Source of the DNA: an uncultured Lentisphaerales bacterium
GTDB lineage: Bacteria > Verrucomicrobiota > Kiritimatiellia > RFP12 > JAAYLN01
Assembly (NCBI GenBank): GCA_964542285.1
Contig: CAZIUM010000002.1
Coordinates: forward strand, 1-60,800
Direction: 5' to 3'
DNA: 60,800 nt
The notes below the pieces were generated by a model. That model worked only from the letters and a program-made list of their open reading frames with translations, searched no databases and was not told the origin of the DNA. The position numbers and the translations under genes are program-made. Positions 1 to 9,700 of the stretch are shown here, one piece after another. The stretch's first letter is position 1. Each line of letters opens with the position of its first letter.

Positions 1-129
1 CGTGAAGGCAGCGCCACGTTCGAAGGGGAAGTCGATGTCGGAGTGTATCCTTGCGTACTGACCTCTCCGCCTACCCCGGGAAGCTTCGGGTTCTACAGCG
101 TGGGCGGAACCATGGTCATCCTGCGATAA
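1..129 (+). CDS. 3' end of an upstream gene entering the window. Product unknown, probably secreted or cell-surface. Ends ...FGFYSVGGTMVILR-stop.
   Basis: Frame 1 is open from base 1 to TAA at 127-129. The C-terminal tail GTMVILR closely matches the tail GTMILLR of the ORF ending at 3623. Confidence 0.35.
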   Translation, partial: REGSATFEGEVDVGVYPCVLTSPPTPGSFGFYSVGGTMVILR

Positions 130-176
130 GGACGCGAAAAGGCGCTAACGCTAACGCGTTTCGCCAACAATAGTTT

Positions 177-204
177 TTCACGATACGTCATTCTGTGCTA
201 TGAT
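177..204 (+). promoter_or_regulatory. Possible sigma70-like promoter upstream of the nagA-like gene
   Basis: TTCACG (177-182), 16-nt spacer, TATGAT (199-204), in the 213-nt gap before the ATG at 343. Pattern match only. Confidence 0.2.
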
Positions 205-342
205 GCAAACCATCGTTTCGAAGATATGGCGTCAATGACGCGTTCGCCTTCTTATTCCCGAAGGCCCTTTGGCCGAGGATCAACGAAACGATCCAAATGC
301 CACGTCGCGAATGCAGGAATTTAACCTTCCAAGGCTGCAAGC

Positions 343-1506
343 ATGGAGAAATATCGAGGACGCATCGAGAAGAGTTCGGCCTTGGAGATCAGGCTGACTG
401 GCGATAAAATAGCCCATGTCGAGTCGATCCCAGACGATCCCGGGCTGCCCTGGCTTCTGCCGGTCCTGGTCGACCTGCAACACAACGGAGCGCTGGGGCG
501 GTACTACAACGAGCTGCACGAGGCTCCGCCGGAACACCTGGTGGACGTGGCGAATCTGTTGCGTCGCCATGGCGTGGGCCGCTGCCTGTTGACCCTGACC
601 ACCTACCCGGTCGGTGACCTGCTGAAAAGCGCCCGACGGATCAATCGATGGCTTTCGCAGGACTCCTCGCTGAATGCGCTCTTTTGTGGCGTTTTTCACG
701 AAGGAATTTTTGTTTCCCCTCAAGAAGGCTGGCGTGGCGCCCACAACCTGGCCTGGGTTCGCCCGCCGGATTATGCCCACATCCGCCGGATTGACGAGGC
801 ACTCAATGGAAGAGTCCGCCTCGTGAACGTTGCACCGGAAGAACCGGGGGGGCTGGACTTTGTCGCGGAAGCGGTGTCGGACGGAAAGATCGCAGCCATC
901 GGGCATTCCGGGGCCGATGCCGAAACGATCCGCAAGGCGCTGGACCGCGGCGCTTCCGTCGTCACTCATTTCGGCAACGGCGCTCCCTCCCACATCCATC
1001 GCCATCGCAATCCCTTCTGGACCTTCCTGGCCGAGCCCGGCCTGCGGTTGGGGCTGATCGGCGACGGGTTCCACCTTCCGCGTGACCTGGTCCGTACCGT
1101 GTTGGGCGTCAAGGGGCCGGAAAGCTGCTTTCTGGTCAGCGACGCCAGTGGCTACTCAGGCTGTCCGCCGGGGAAGTACCGTTGCATGGGCGACCGGAGA
1201 TTCGAAATCGAGCCCAACGGATACATGCATCTGTCCGACAGCGAAATCCTCTCGGGCGCCTGGTTCCAACTCGACCGGAGCGTCGAATTTCTGGTGGCCG
1301 AATTGGGACTGTCCCTGCCCGCGGCCTGGAATCTCTGCAGCCGGGTCCCCGCGGCACTGGCCGGCATCGACCTGCCCGTTCCGGCGGTCGGCGAAGAGGC
1401 CAGCTTCGTGCTGGCCCGCTGGAACGAGGGCCTGGTCCTGGAACAATGCGTCCATCAAGGACACCCCTGCCTGGACCACCCCTGCCGAACGACAAATATT
1501 CAATAA
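343..1506 (+). CDS. nagA: N-acetylglucosamine-6-phosphate deacetylase-like amidohydrolase
   Basis: 387-aa ORF. Motifs VDLQHNGALG (the E. coli NagA-type Q-x-N-G metal-site variant), GHSGAD and THFGNGA, with the length typical of the NagA family. Motif recall, not a search. Confidence 0.7.
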   Translation: MEKYRGRIEKSSALEIRLTGDKIAHVESIPDDPGLPWLLPVLVDLQHNGALGRYYNELHEAPPEHLVDVANLLRRHGVGRCLLTLTTYPVGDLLKSARRINRWLSQDSSLNALFCGVFHEGIFVSPQEGWRGAHNLAWVRPPDYAHIRRIDEALNGRVRLVNVAPEEPGGLDFVAEAVSDGKIAAIGHSGADAETIRKALDRGASVVTHFGNGAPSHIHRHRNPFWTFLAEPGLRLGLIGDGFHLPRDLVRTVLGVKGPESCFLVSDASGYSGCPPGKYRCMGDRRFEIEPNGYMHLSDSEILSGAWFQLDRSVEFLVAELGLSLPAAWNLCSRVPAALAGIDLPVPAVGEEASFVLARWNEGLVLEQCVHQGHPCLDHPCRTTNIQ

Positions 1507-1517
1507 AGTACGAAAAT

Positions 1518-1865
1518 ATGAAGAAGAAAAACGCAAAAGTTGTCTCCACATTCGCATTCCTGTTGGCGTTCGGACTGGCAGGCTCCCTCCGTGCGGCCGA
1601 GTTTGCCTGGACCGGCGGCGGAATGGATGCTTTCTGGAACAATCCGGCCAACTGGTCCAGCGACGGAGGATCGCCCCGCGCCACGGGAGGAGATTCCCTG
1701 GTTTTCGGAAACGAAGGCACCAACCGGCCCGGACGGCTTGACCAGGATTACCAGATTGTAGACCTTGACGTCGAAAACCTTGCCAGTGAGCATGTACTCG
1801 ACCTGAACAGCCAAAAATTGATTTATACGGGCACCTTGCGCATCGGATACGCCGTCACCAACTGA
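1518..1865 (+). CDS. N-terminal fragment of a secreted repeat protein: signal peptide plus a PATR-like W-x-G...NW motif. Ends at an in-frame TGA.
   Basis: ATG at 1518 gives MKKKNAKVVSTFAFLLAFGLAGSLRA/AEFAWTGGGMDAFWNNPANWSS. This is a typical signal peptide followed by the motif I associate with autotransporter-associated beta-strand repeat proteins. TGA at 1863-1865. The same frame stays open through to 3623. Confidence 0.6.
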   Translation: MKKKNAKVVSTFAFLLAFGLAGSLRAAEFAWTGGGMDAFWNNPANWSSDGGSPRATGGDSLVFGNEGTNRPGRLDQDYQIVDLDVENLASEHVLDLNSQKLIYTGTLRIGYAVTN

Positions 1866-2072
1866 GCCCTCCGGATCACCAACGGCACGTTCCAGGTCGG
1901 CACGGAGAGCGATCCCGCCGATATCTTCGCGGGATATGTTTCAGCAACCAGCGCCACCTACGGTTTCGGCTGTCTGACGCTCGAAGGTCTGCTGGACCCC
2001 CGCGGACTGCATTCCCTGTATGTCGGACGGGCCGGCACGGATTCCAGCCGGCAGGCTATTGGCTACCTCGAT

Positions 2073-3623
2073 TTGTCACAGGCCTCCATCGTCGACGCTA
2101 CGGAGGCTTCCGCTTTGAATCTCCGAGGAGGATTGTATGTCGGTCAGCGGGGTCTCCGCAGCCAGGGAACCCTCTTACTGCCACCCTCTTTGGAAAGTCT
2201 GCGAATTGGCGGAAGTCTTGAAGCTGGAAATGGCGTCCCTTCCTCGTCGGGAGTGCTTGCCCTGATCGACTTCGGCGAAAACTCAGCGCTGACCAACTGG
2301 AGCGTGGGGGGCAATTTCACCATCGGATGCGGCTATCATGCCGTGGTTACGAATTTGCCCGAAAACGTCACCTTCCAGGTCGGTTCCCGCGACAACCCTT
2401 CCAGTATGCTCATTGCGCACGGCGGTCGATACCACGGAGTGTGCGAACTTACCCTTAACCATGGGGTTTTCGACGCATTCCTGGAGGAACTCAAGATTGG
2501 CGGACATTATTCGAGCAGCGCGACCGATTCCAAGGGAACCCTTGGAGCGCTGGACCTGGGCACCTCGGTCGTACAATTCAACGGCCTGACAAACGGGGTC
2601 CATCTGCCACGTTTATGGCTGTCACGTTCGCGCAACCACCGTCCGGGTATCCTGCGTCTGCCGTCATCCGTAACCAACATTACGATCGGGGAATGTGTCA
2701 TCGGCGCCTCACGAGACTACGGCGAACTTGACCTGGGCGCCCACTCGGAACTGCAAACTTTCACCGTCACCAACGGCTTCTACCTGGCCGCGGACATCGA
2801 CGGCTTGAATCCAGCCAATACCCAGACCTGCAACGACGGACGCATTGTCGGCTGGCCAACGAACGTCGATGTGACCATCGGCCAGCCCGAAGCTCCCTGC
2901 CCTCTTTTTATCGGAATCACGCGGCAATACGGGACCGGAGCGGCGAACCGGATGATCCTGACCAACGGATCCTTTACGGCCTGGGTGAGCGACCTGGCCC
3001 TCGGGATCGAAAAACGCGATGGCTACGGTTCGGGAATTACCGGGGTGCTCGATTTGCGCGAGACCGAATTGCGTCAACTTGACATTTCCGGTCATGCCTT
3101 CGTCGGGTGCTGGACCAACGAAGTCGTCGGTTATCAAAACAACTATCGCGGACATGGTGAACTTCGTCTGCCGGCGGGAGACGTACGGGTCGGAGGAGAC
3201 CTGCGTGTCGGCGACGCCCACAGCACCTCCTCGGGCCTGGTCGAAATGCTGGGATCTCGCATGAGCGTTGGAGGAGTCGCGGAAATCAATGCCACCGGCC
3301 TGATCGAAGTGCGCCTGGATGGCGCCTCGGCGGGACTGAACCTGCTGAACCCGGCCGAAAACGTGTTGACCATTGCCGACGGCGGCGAGCTGCAATTGCG
3401 GTTCGAAAACGCGCCGGCAGTGCTGGAAGATCATTTCTGGGGGCTGCGTATGATTGGCGACCGACAGCAGCAACTGACCGAAATGGCGGCGGATGGACGT
3501 CTCACCTGGATCAACAACCTGGAGGACACGGAGCGGGTCCTGGGAATCCATTACGATGTCTCGCGCGATCTAACCATCGTCGGTCTGCATCGGCCGGTAG
3601 GCACGATGATCCTGTTGCGATGA
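2073..3623 (+). CDS. Body and C-terminus of the same secreted repeat protein. The frame is actually open from 1866. G/T/L-rich, beta-helix-like, ending PVGTMILLR-stop.
   Basis: 516-aa ORF in the same frame as 1518..1865 (both coordinates are 0 mod 3). I read no stop codon between 1866 and 2072. The composition is repetitive (GG, LxLG, VGG). No independent start or signal peptide of its own. Confidence 0.6.
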   Translation: MSQASIVDATEASALNLRGGLYVGQRGLRSQGTLLLPPSLESLRIGGSLEAGNGVPSSSGVLALIDFGENSALTNWSVGGNFTIGCGYHAVVTNLPENVTFQVGSRDNPSSMLIAHGGRYHGVCELTLNHGVFDAFLEELKIGGHYSSSATDSKGTLGALDLGTSVVQFNGLTNGVHLPRLWLSRSRNHRPGILRLPSSVTNITIGECVIGASRDYGELDLGAHSELQTFTVTNGFYLAADIDGLNPANTQTCNDGRIVGWPTNVDVTIGQPEAPCPLFIGITRQYGTGAANRMILTNGSFTAWVSDLALGIEKRDGYGSGITGVLDLRETELRQLDISGHAFVGCWTNEVVGYQNNYRGHGELRLPAGDVRVGGDLRVGDAHSTSSGLVEMLGSRMSVGGVAEINATGLIEVRLDGASAGLNLLNPAENVLTIADGGELQLRFENAPAVLEDHFWGLRMIGDRQQQLTEMAADGRLTWINNLEDTERVLGIHYDVSRDLTIVGLHRPVGTMILLR

Positions 3624-3753
3624 AACCGGGTAATTCGGATATTTGGGAGCAACGCCCAATAGCCAATCCCCCAACGCTCCGCGCTCGGAAGCCCTGCCGA
3701 AAGCTTGAGAGCCCGGCACAGCGTTCTTGACTTGAGGACGGCGGAGTTTCAAA

Positions 3754-4776
3754 ATGCCCCTGCCTGTTCGCCCGATTGGCTCGATGCGGGCGTCTCGCGA
3801 CATGGAACGTCATGCGGGAGACTACAAACCTCATGAAAGCCTCAAGGACCATCCTATGAAAAACTTTATTCCAAACCTTGACAATGTCGATGGTTGGAAA
3901 GAACTCCCCAAAGAGATTCAAAAATACCTGGGGTGTCCCGATTTTGCCCGCAATATCGATCCGCACACGCACGGATACCCCTCCTACATGCCCAGGGCAC
4001 TAGAACGTCAGCAGCTCGACCGGGCCATCCTGGTATGCGACGAAACCGTAGAGTTCCTGTATGGCGACTACACCCCCAAGACCGTTCAAACCGTTCCGGG
4101 AACCCGTCCCCTACTGGAAGCCATCGTGAACGCCGTCTGCAGCGAAACCGCCAGCGAAACCGAACGTGCCAAGGCGTTGGTGGGGTGGCGGCGCGCAAAC
4201 GTTCAGCACCTCGGCATCTGCGGTCTGGGAACCGAGGAAGAAATCCTGCTGGGGGGCTACAGCATGTGTCACGATGCCGCCCGCACCCTGGTCATTCTCT
4301 GCCAGGTGGCCGGGTTGCCGGCGCGGCTGATCATCGGCCTGAACGAAACCCGTGCCGACGGTCACACGCTGACGGAAGTCTATGCCGATGGTGCCTGGCA
4401 TGTCTTCGACCCCAGTCCTTCGATGCCTTTTGCCTGGCTCGAAACCCCGGAAGGACATCTGGCCAGCGGCTGGGACATCCACCAGGCCCCCGGACTGCCG
4501 GCCACCTGCCGTTCCGAATTTCCCGTCGCGGACCAGGGCAAGCGATACGGCAGTTATTTTGCCGATTTCCGACTGGTGAACTACCCCCTGGAGGTTTCCA
4601 ACCGTTACCAGGCCCAGCGGTTCATGCGCATGGCCGTGGCGCAGAAAATCGTGCAGAACTACGACTATACCGGGCATCTCAACCACCAGCCCCTTGCGGG
4701 ATTCGCCGACCTGGACGACCTGGCCAACCAGTGGGTCGCGGGCACGCTGACGCCCACCCCGAAGCGCTACGGCTGA
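3754..4776 (+). CDS. Transglutaminase-like (Cys-His-Asp core) domain protein
   Basis: GGYSMCHDAARTLVILCQVAGLPARLIIG ... DGHTLTEVYADGAWHVFDPS matches the transglutaminase-like cysteine-protease core (C...H...D). The start is uncertain: an in-frame ATG at 3856 (MKNFIPNL...) is an alternative. Confidence 0.6.
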   Translation: MPLPVRPIGSMRASRDMERHAGDYKPHESLKDHPMKNFIPNLDNVDGWKELPKEIQKYLGCPDFARNIDPHTHGYPSYMPRALERQQLDRAILVCDETVEFLYGDYTPKTVQTVPGTRPLLEAIVNAVCSETASETERAKALVGWRRANVQHLGICGLGTEEEILLGGYSMCHDAARTLVILCQVAGLPARLIIGLNETRADGHTLTEVYADGAWHVFDPSPSMPFAWLETPEGHLASGWDIHQAPGLPATCRSEFPVADQGKRYGSYFADFRLVNYPLEVSNRYQAQRFMRMAVAQKIVQNYDYTGHLNHQPLAGFADLDDLANQWVAGTLTPTPKRYG

Positions 4777-4800
4777 TCTTCCCTTGCAAGGATTCAAGGC

Positions 4801-6759
4801 ATGAATGATTTTCGATTGGGGTCCCCATTTCAGGACCACATGGTGCTTCAGCGCGACCGTCCGGTCCCCATCTGGGGCTGGGGCGCCCCCGGCGCCGAGA
4901 TCGCCGTAGAACTCGTCCGGACACAAGCCCGCGCCCGGGCCGGGGTGGATGGCCGCTGGATGGTCATCCTGGCCCCGCAACCGGCGGCGGGCCCTGTCTC
5001 GCTGCGGGTTTCCGCCGGCCAGGACCGGATTCAACTCCAGGATGTCTGGATTGGCGAGGTCTGGCTGGCCTCGGGACAATCGAACATGGAAATGCGGCTG
5101 GAAGCCTGTAACGACGCCGAAGAGGAAATTGCCGCGGCCCGCGATGACGGCATTCGCGTCTGGACCGCGGAACACGCCATTGCCCTGCGCCCCCGTGAAG
5201 AAATCGCCGGACGCTGGGAGGTCTGCTCTCCGGTGACGGCCGGAAAATTCACCGCGGTGGGATACTATTTTGCCCGCGCGTTGCGAGAAAAACTGGGGGT
5301 GGCCGTGGGCATTCTGCACAGTTCCTGGGGCGGAACCGTGGCTGAAGCCTGGACCAGTCGCGAAGGATTGCTGGGGCATCCCCTGCTCGACGGCTATGTC
5401 CATCGACTCGACCGGCTGCTGGGACCGGAGGGCAGGATCGAAAAGGATGCCTTCGACCAGGCCCGCCGGGAATGGGAAGCGTCCATCCCGTCGGACCCCG
5501 GCAACCGGGGGGTCGAGCAGGGTTGGCACCAACCCGACACGCCGGACGACGCGTGGGACGTCATGACCCTGCCCACCGGATGGCAAACCGCGGGCCACGA
5601 TATCAGCGGCGTTTTCTGGTTCCGCCGCGAGGTCACTCTGCCCGAGGGGTGGTCCGGCCGCGAACTGGAACTGCACCTCGGCGCCTGCGACAAGGAAGAT
5701 CACACCTATTTCGACGGGCATTCGGTCGGCGGAATCGGCCTGAACGACGATCCTGCGTCCTGGTCCCGTCTCCGCATTTACCGCATTTCCCCGGAACGGG
5801 TTCGCGAAGGGCGCCATGTGGTGGCCGTGCGCGTTTTCAGCAACATTTACCAGGGCGGGATGATCGGGCCGTCCGCCGAAATGTGGCTGGCGCCGGTGGA
5901 TGCTCCCGCCTCCGAACGTCTCCTCCTGCACGGTTCCTGGCGATACCGGATCGAGCGGGATTTCGGAAGGGTATCCAACGTTCCCCCTCCCATGATCTAC
6001 GGGCCGGACAACCCCCACACTCCCAGTGCCCTGTTCAACGGCATGCTGGCGCCCTTGATCCCGAGCGCCATCCGGGGCTTCCTCTGGTACCAGGGGGAAT
6101 CCAACGCCACGCGGGCCGGCGAATACCGCGCAATGTTTCCCAACCTGATTCGCGACTGGCGACGGCGCTTCGGACAGGGAGAACTGCCCTTCTACTTCGT
6201 GCAACTGGCAAACTACAAGACTCGGCACTCGACGCCCGTCGACACCGACTGGGCGCTGCTGCGGGAAGCCCAGCGCCTTACGGAACTCGAGGTGCCCAAC
6301 ACCGGCATGGCCGTTGCCATCGACATCGGAGACGCCGGAGACATTCACCCGAAGAACAAGAAGGAGGTCGGCCGGCGCCTGGCGGCCCTCGCTTTGGCGC
6401 GGACCTATGGGTTGCCCGGGGCTCCCGTTGCCGATCCGCGACCGCTGCGCGCCCGTTGCCGGGAGCGCGAGGTCACGATTCAATTTACCGGAACCGGCGT
6501 CGGCCTGGCCACCCGTGACGGTCGTCCTCCAACGGGCTTTGCCCTGGCGGGCGACGATCGCATTTTTCACTGGGCCCAAGCCGAGATTGTCGGAGCCGAT
6601 CGCCTGAAGTTGACCGCTTCAAACGTCGCGCGTCCCCTGTGGGTGCGGCATGCCTGGGATGACGATCCGGCCCACAATCTGACCGGCGCCGCCGGAGAGC
6701 CGGTTCCTCCGTTCGAACTGGCCCTGCCTTGTGGCAACTGGGTTCATCCCGACTTGTAA
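4801..6759 (+). CDS. Sialate O-acetylesterase (SGNH/DUF303-type 9-O-acetylesterase)
   Basis: 652-aa ORF with GEVWLASGQSNME (catalytic GQSN block), SSWGGT and GFLWYQGESN motifs. N-terminal FQDHMVLQRD is typical of this family. No signal peptide. Confidence 0.75.
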   Translation: MNDFRLGSPFQDHMVLQRDRPVPIWGWGAPGAEIAVELVRTQARARAGVDGRWMVILAPQPAAGPVSLRVSAGQDRIQLQDVWIGEVWLASGQSNMEMRLEACNDAEEEIAAARDDGIRVWTAEHAIALRPREEIAGRWEVCSPVTAGKFTAVGYYFARALREKLGVAVGILHSSWGGTVAEAWTSREGLLGHPLLDGYVHRLDRLLGPEGRIEKDAFDQARREWEASIPSDPGNRGVEQGWHQPDTPDDAWDVMTLPTGWQTAGHDISGVFWFRREVTLPEGWSGRELELHLGACDKEDHTYFDGHSVGGIGLNDDPASWSRLRIYRISPERVREGRHVVAVRVFSNIYQGGMIGPSAEMWLAPVDAPASERLLLHGSWRYRIERDFGRVSNVPPPMIYGPDNPHTPSALFNGMLAPLIPSAIRGFLWYQGESNATRAGEYRAMFPNLIRDWRRRFGQGELPFYFVQLANYKTRHSTPVDTDWALLREAQRLTELEVPNTGMAVAIDIGDAGDIHPKNKKEVGRRLAALALARTYGLPGAPVADPRPLRARCREREVTIQFTGTGVGLATRDGRPPTGFALAGDDRIFHWAQAEIVGADRLKLTASNVARPLWVRHAWDDDPAHNLTGAAGEPVPPFELALPCGNWVHPDL

Positions 6760-6762
6760 GCC

Positions 6763-9700
6763 ATGTATTTAAAATCACTGGAAATGATCGGCTTCAAAAG
6801 TTTTGCCGATCGCACCAAACTGGAATTCGAACCGGGCTTGATCGCCATCGTGGGGCCGAACGGATGCGGAAAAAGCAACGTGTCCGACGCCATCCGTTGG
6901 GTCCTCGGAGAACAGCGGCCGACCGCTTTGCGCGGATCCAAAATGCTGGATGTGATCTTCAGCGGTACGGATGCACGCAAACCTCTCGGCATGGCGGAAG
7001 TCAGCATCACGTTTGCGGAATGCGAAGGCGCGCTGGAAACGGAGTTCAACGAGGTCACGATTACCCGACGCGTCTTCCGAACCGGCGAGGGCTCCTATTT
7101 TATCAACAAGACCCCCTGCCGCTTGCGGGACATCCATCGCCTGTTCATGGGGACCGGGATCGGCACCAACAGTTATTCGGTCATGGCCCAGGGGCAGATC
7201 GATGCCATTTTGTCCTCCAAGCCCGAAGACCGTCGCGCCATTTTCGAAGAAGCCGCGGGCATCACCAAGTTCAAGGCGGACCGCAAAGAAGCCCTGCGCA
7301 AGCTGGAACAAACCGAAGCCAACCTGCTCCGGCTTACGGATGTCATCAAGGAAGTCAAACGCCAGATCGGCTCGCTGCAACGCCAGGCCGGCAAAGCCAG
7401 GCGCTATCGTGAGTTGAAGGACCGACTCCGTGGCTTGGACCTTTATGTCACCCGGAGCCGCCTGAGAGATCTCGACGAGCGCATTCGGGAACTCGAAGCG
7501 TCGCTTTCCGAGTCCGCCGAACAGGAAGCCGCGGCGCAAGCGCGACTCCAGGCGACGGAAGAACATACCGCCGTCCTGCGCGCGGCCATGCTGGAAAACG
7601 AGCGACTGACCGGAGAGGCAACCGAAAACGCCTCGCGCGACGAAGGCAATCTGCAACATGCCCATGAAATGATCCAGGTCAGCGAGCAACGCATCGTTGA
7701 ATATCGCCAATGGGCCGAACGCGACGGTCGGGAAGCCGACGCCACGGGCAAACGTATCCGCGAATTGCGGCAGGAACTGCAACAGATGGGCGCCGAAGCC
7801 GAGCGTCTGAAAATGCAGCACCACGAGGCCCGAACGGTGCTCGAGGAGGTTCATCGGTATGCCGAGGCGGAACGTCTGGGGTTGGAACAGGCGCGCAAAG
7901 CCCTGCAAAGCCAACGCGACGAATCCATCGAGCGTGAACGCAAGGCCGCCCGGCTGCAAAACGACATTGCGGCGATGGATGCCCGCCAGCAAAACGCGCG
8001 CGCGCAAAAGAATCGCCTGGTCGCGGAACATCAACATCTGGTCCATAACGCCGAACAATTGATTCGGGCCCGCGATGCCGCGGCCAAGGAGATGGAAGCG
8101 CTCAAACGGCAAACCGCTGATGACGCCGAAAAATTGGCAACGCTGGAGGATGATCGCCAGACGCTTGCCGCCACGCTGCAGACGACGCGGGAGGAAAGCA
8201 GCGGCATCGCATCGCAAATTGCAGCGCAACAGGCGCAGATCGACCTGTTGATGGAACAGGAGGCCCGTGCCGAAGAGTTTCCCAGGGGCTCGCGATTGTT
8301 GTTGGATTCCGCCAATCCGCTGCAATTGCCGGACGGCACGGTGATTGGGCCCCTGGCGGAAAAATTCAAGGCTTCGGCGGAATATCGACCGGCCCTGGAA
8401 GCCGTCCTGCGGGCCTGGATCGACGCCGTGGTGTTGCGCCACGCGGAGGACATCGAGACCGTGATGCGACGCCTGCTGAAGCATGGCGAGCCCGCCGCGG
8501 CGCGCATGATGGCAGCGGAAGGACTGTCATCCGTCCCCACCAGACCGCCCCCCGAGGGCCTGACACGCCTGGTCGACCATGTCGAGGTGGCCGAGGAGTT
8601 TCGCCCGGCGGCCGACAGACTGCTGGCCAACGTTTTCGTCGCGAGTACCCTGGAGGACATCCCCCACCCTCTTCCGACCGACGGTACCGTGGTGACCCTG
8701 TCCGGCGCCGTGTTCCACGCGGGAGGTTGCTGCGAGCTGTGGATCCAGGAAGGGCAAACCGCCAGTCCGCTTTCTCGACGCATGGCCATCGCCGATGGAC
8801 ATGAACGGGTGGAACGTTTGGAAGAACGTCGGCGCATCGTCAGGCAATCCCTGGAAACCCTTTCCAACCGTCAGTCGGCGATTACCGAAGCCATCCGGGA
8901 AGCGCGCGGGCAGTTGGATGAGAGCCGACGGCGGACCGCCCAGAAAGAAGGCGAATGGCAAACGGTTCAACGCGACAGCGAACGTGCCACGCAGCGCATG
9001 AAGGTCGTGGAACAGGAACTCGATCAAACCGTCCAACGCACCCGCGAGGAGGAGGAAGCCAAAGACACTCTCGTTCGGCAAATCGAAGAGCTGATGGCGG
9101 ACCGCGATCGATTTCTCGAAGAACTGGAAACCCTGCAGCAGAACCTGTCCGACCAGGAGTCGTCTTACGCCGAACGCCACAACTTGTTGACGGAGGCCCG
9201 CATCAAGGAAACCAATTTGGCGCAGCAGGTCGCCCATGTCATGGGCCGAATCGAATCGCACCAGTCGAGGATTTCCGAATTGGAGTCGCAGCACGAAGGC
9301 CGCAGCCAGGGATTGCGCTCCTACGACGAAAGCATTCGCAAGTTGACGCAACAAATCGAGGAGACTACTCGGCAATTGGGCCCCATGCAACAACGTGCCG
9401 CCGAATCCCGCGCCAGACTGGAGGCGTGCCGACAAGCGCGCGGGGAACAAGTGCGCGAAATGCAGTCCGCCGAAAGATTGCAGACCGAGGCACGCACGGC
9501 ACTGGATCAACTTCGGCGTCATCACTCCGAATTGGATGTTGCGCTGGCCGAAGCACGCGTCCGACGACAAAATCATTTTGACCGCGTCCAGGAAGAATAC
9601 AGCTTGACCCCCGAACAATTGACGTCCGAGAAGGACCCGGACTGGGGCTCGGAAGGTCCCCTCCCCCTGGAGAAAGCCGCCCGCGAAGTGGCCCGGATTG

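Noticed and set aside
143-157. Tandem GCTAAC GCTAAC motif inside a short GCGAAA...TTTCGC inverted repeat after the first partial ORF
   Set aside because: There are only two copies and a 6-bp stem. This is not distinguishable from chance or a weak terminator, and it is not an array or a repeat family.
1863-1865. In-frame TGA as a selenocysteine codon
   Set aside because: I could not fold a convincing SECIS-like hairpin in the roughly 50 nt downstream. Selenocysteine in a secreted structural repeat protein has no precedent that I know of. A nonsense mutation, a sequencing error or read-through is more plausible.
4111-6579. 822-aa ORF on the minus strand
   Set aside because: It is entirely antisense to the transglutaminase-like and sialate O-acetylesterase genes. 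It is Arg/Gly/Pro/Ala-rich with no recognisable motif, the typical shadow ORF of GC-rich DNA. The plus-strand product has clear family motifs.
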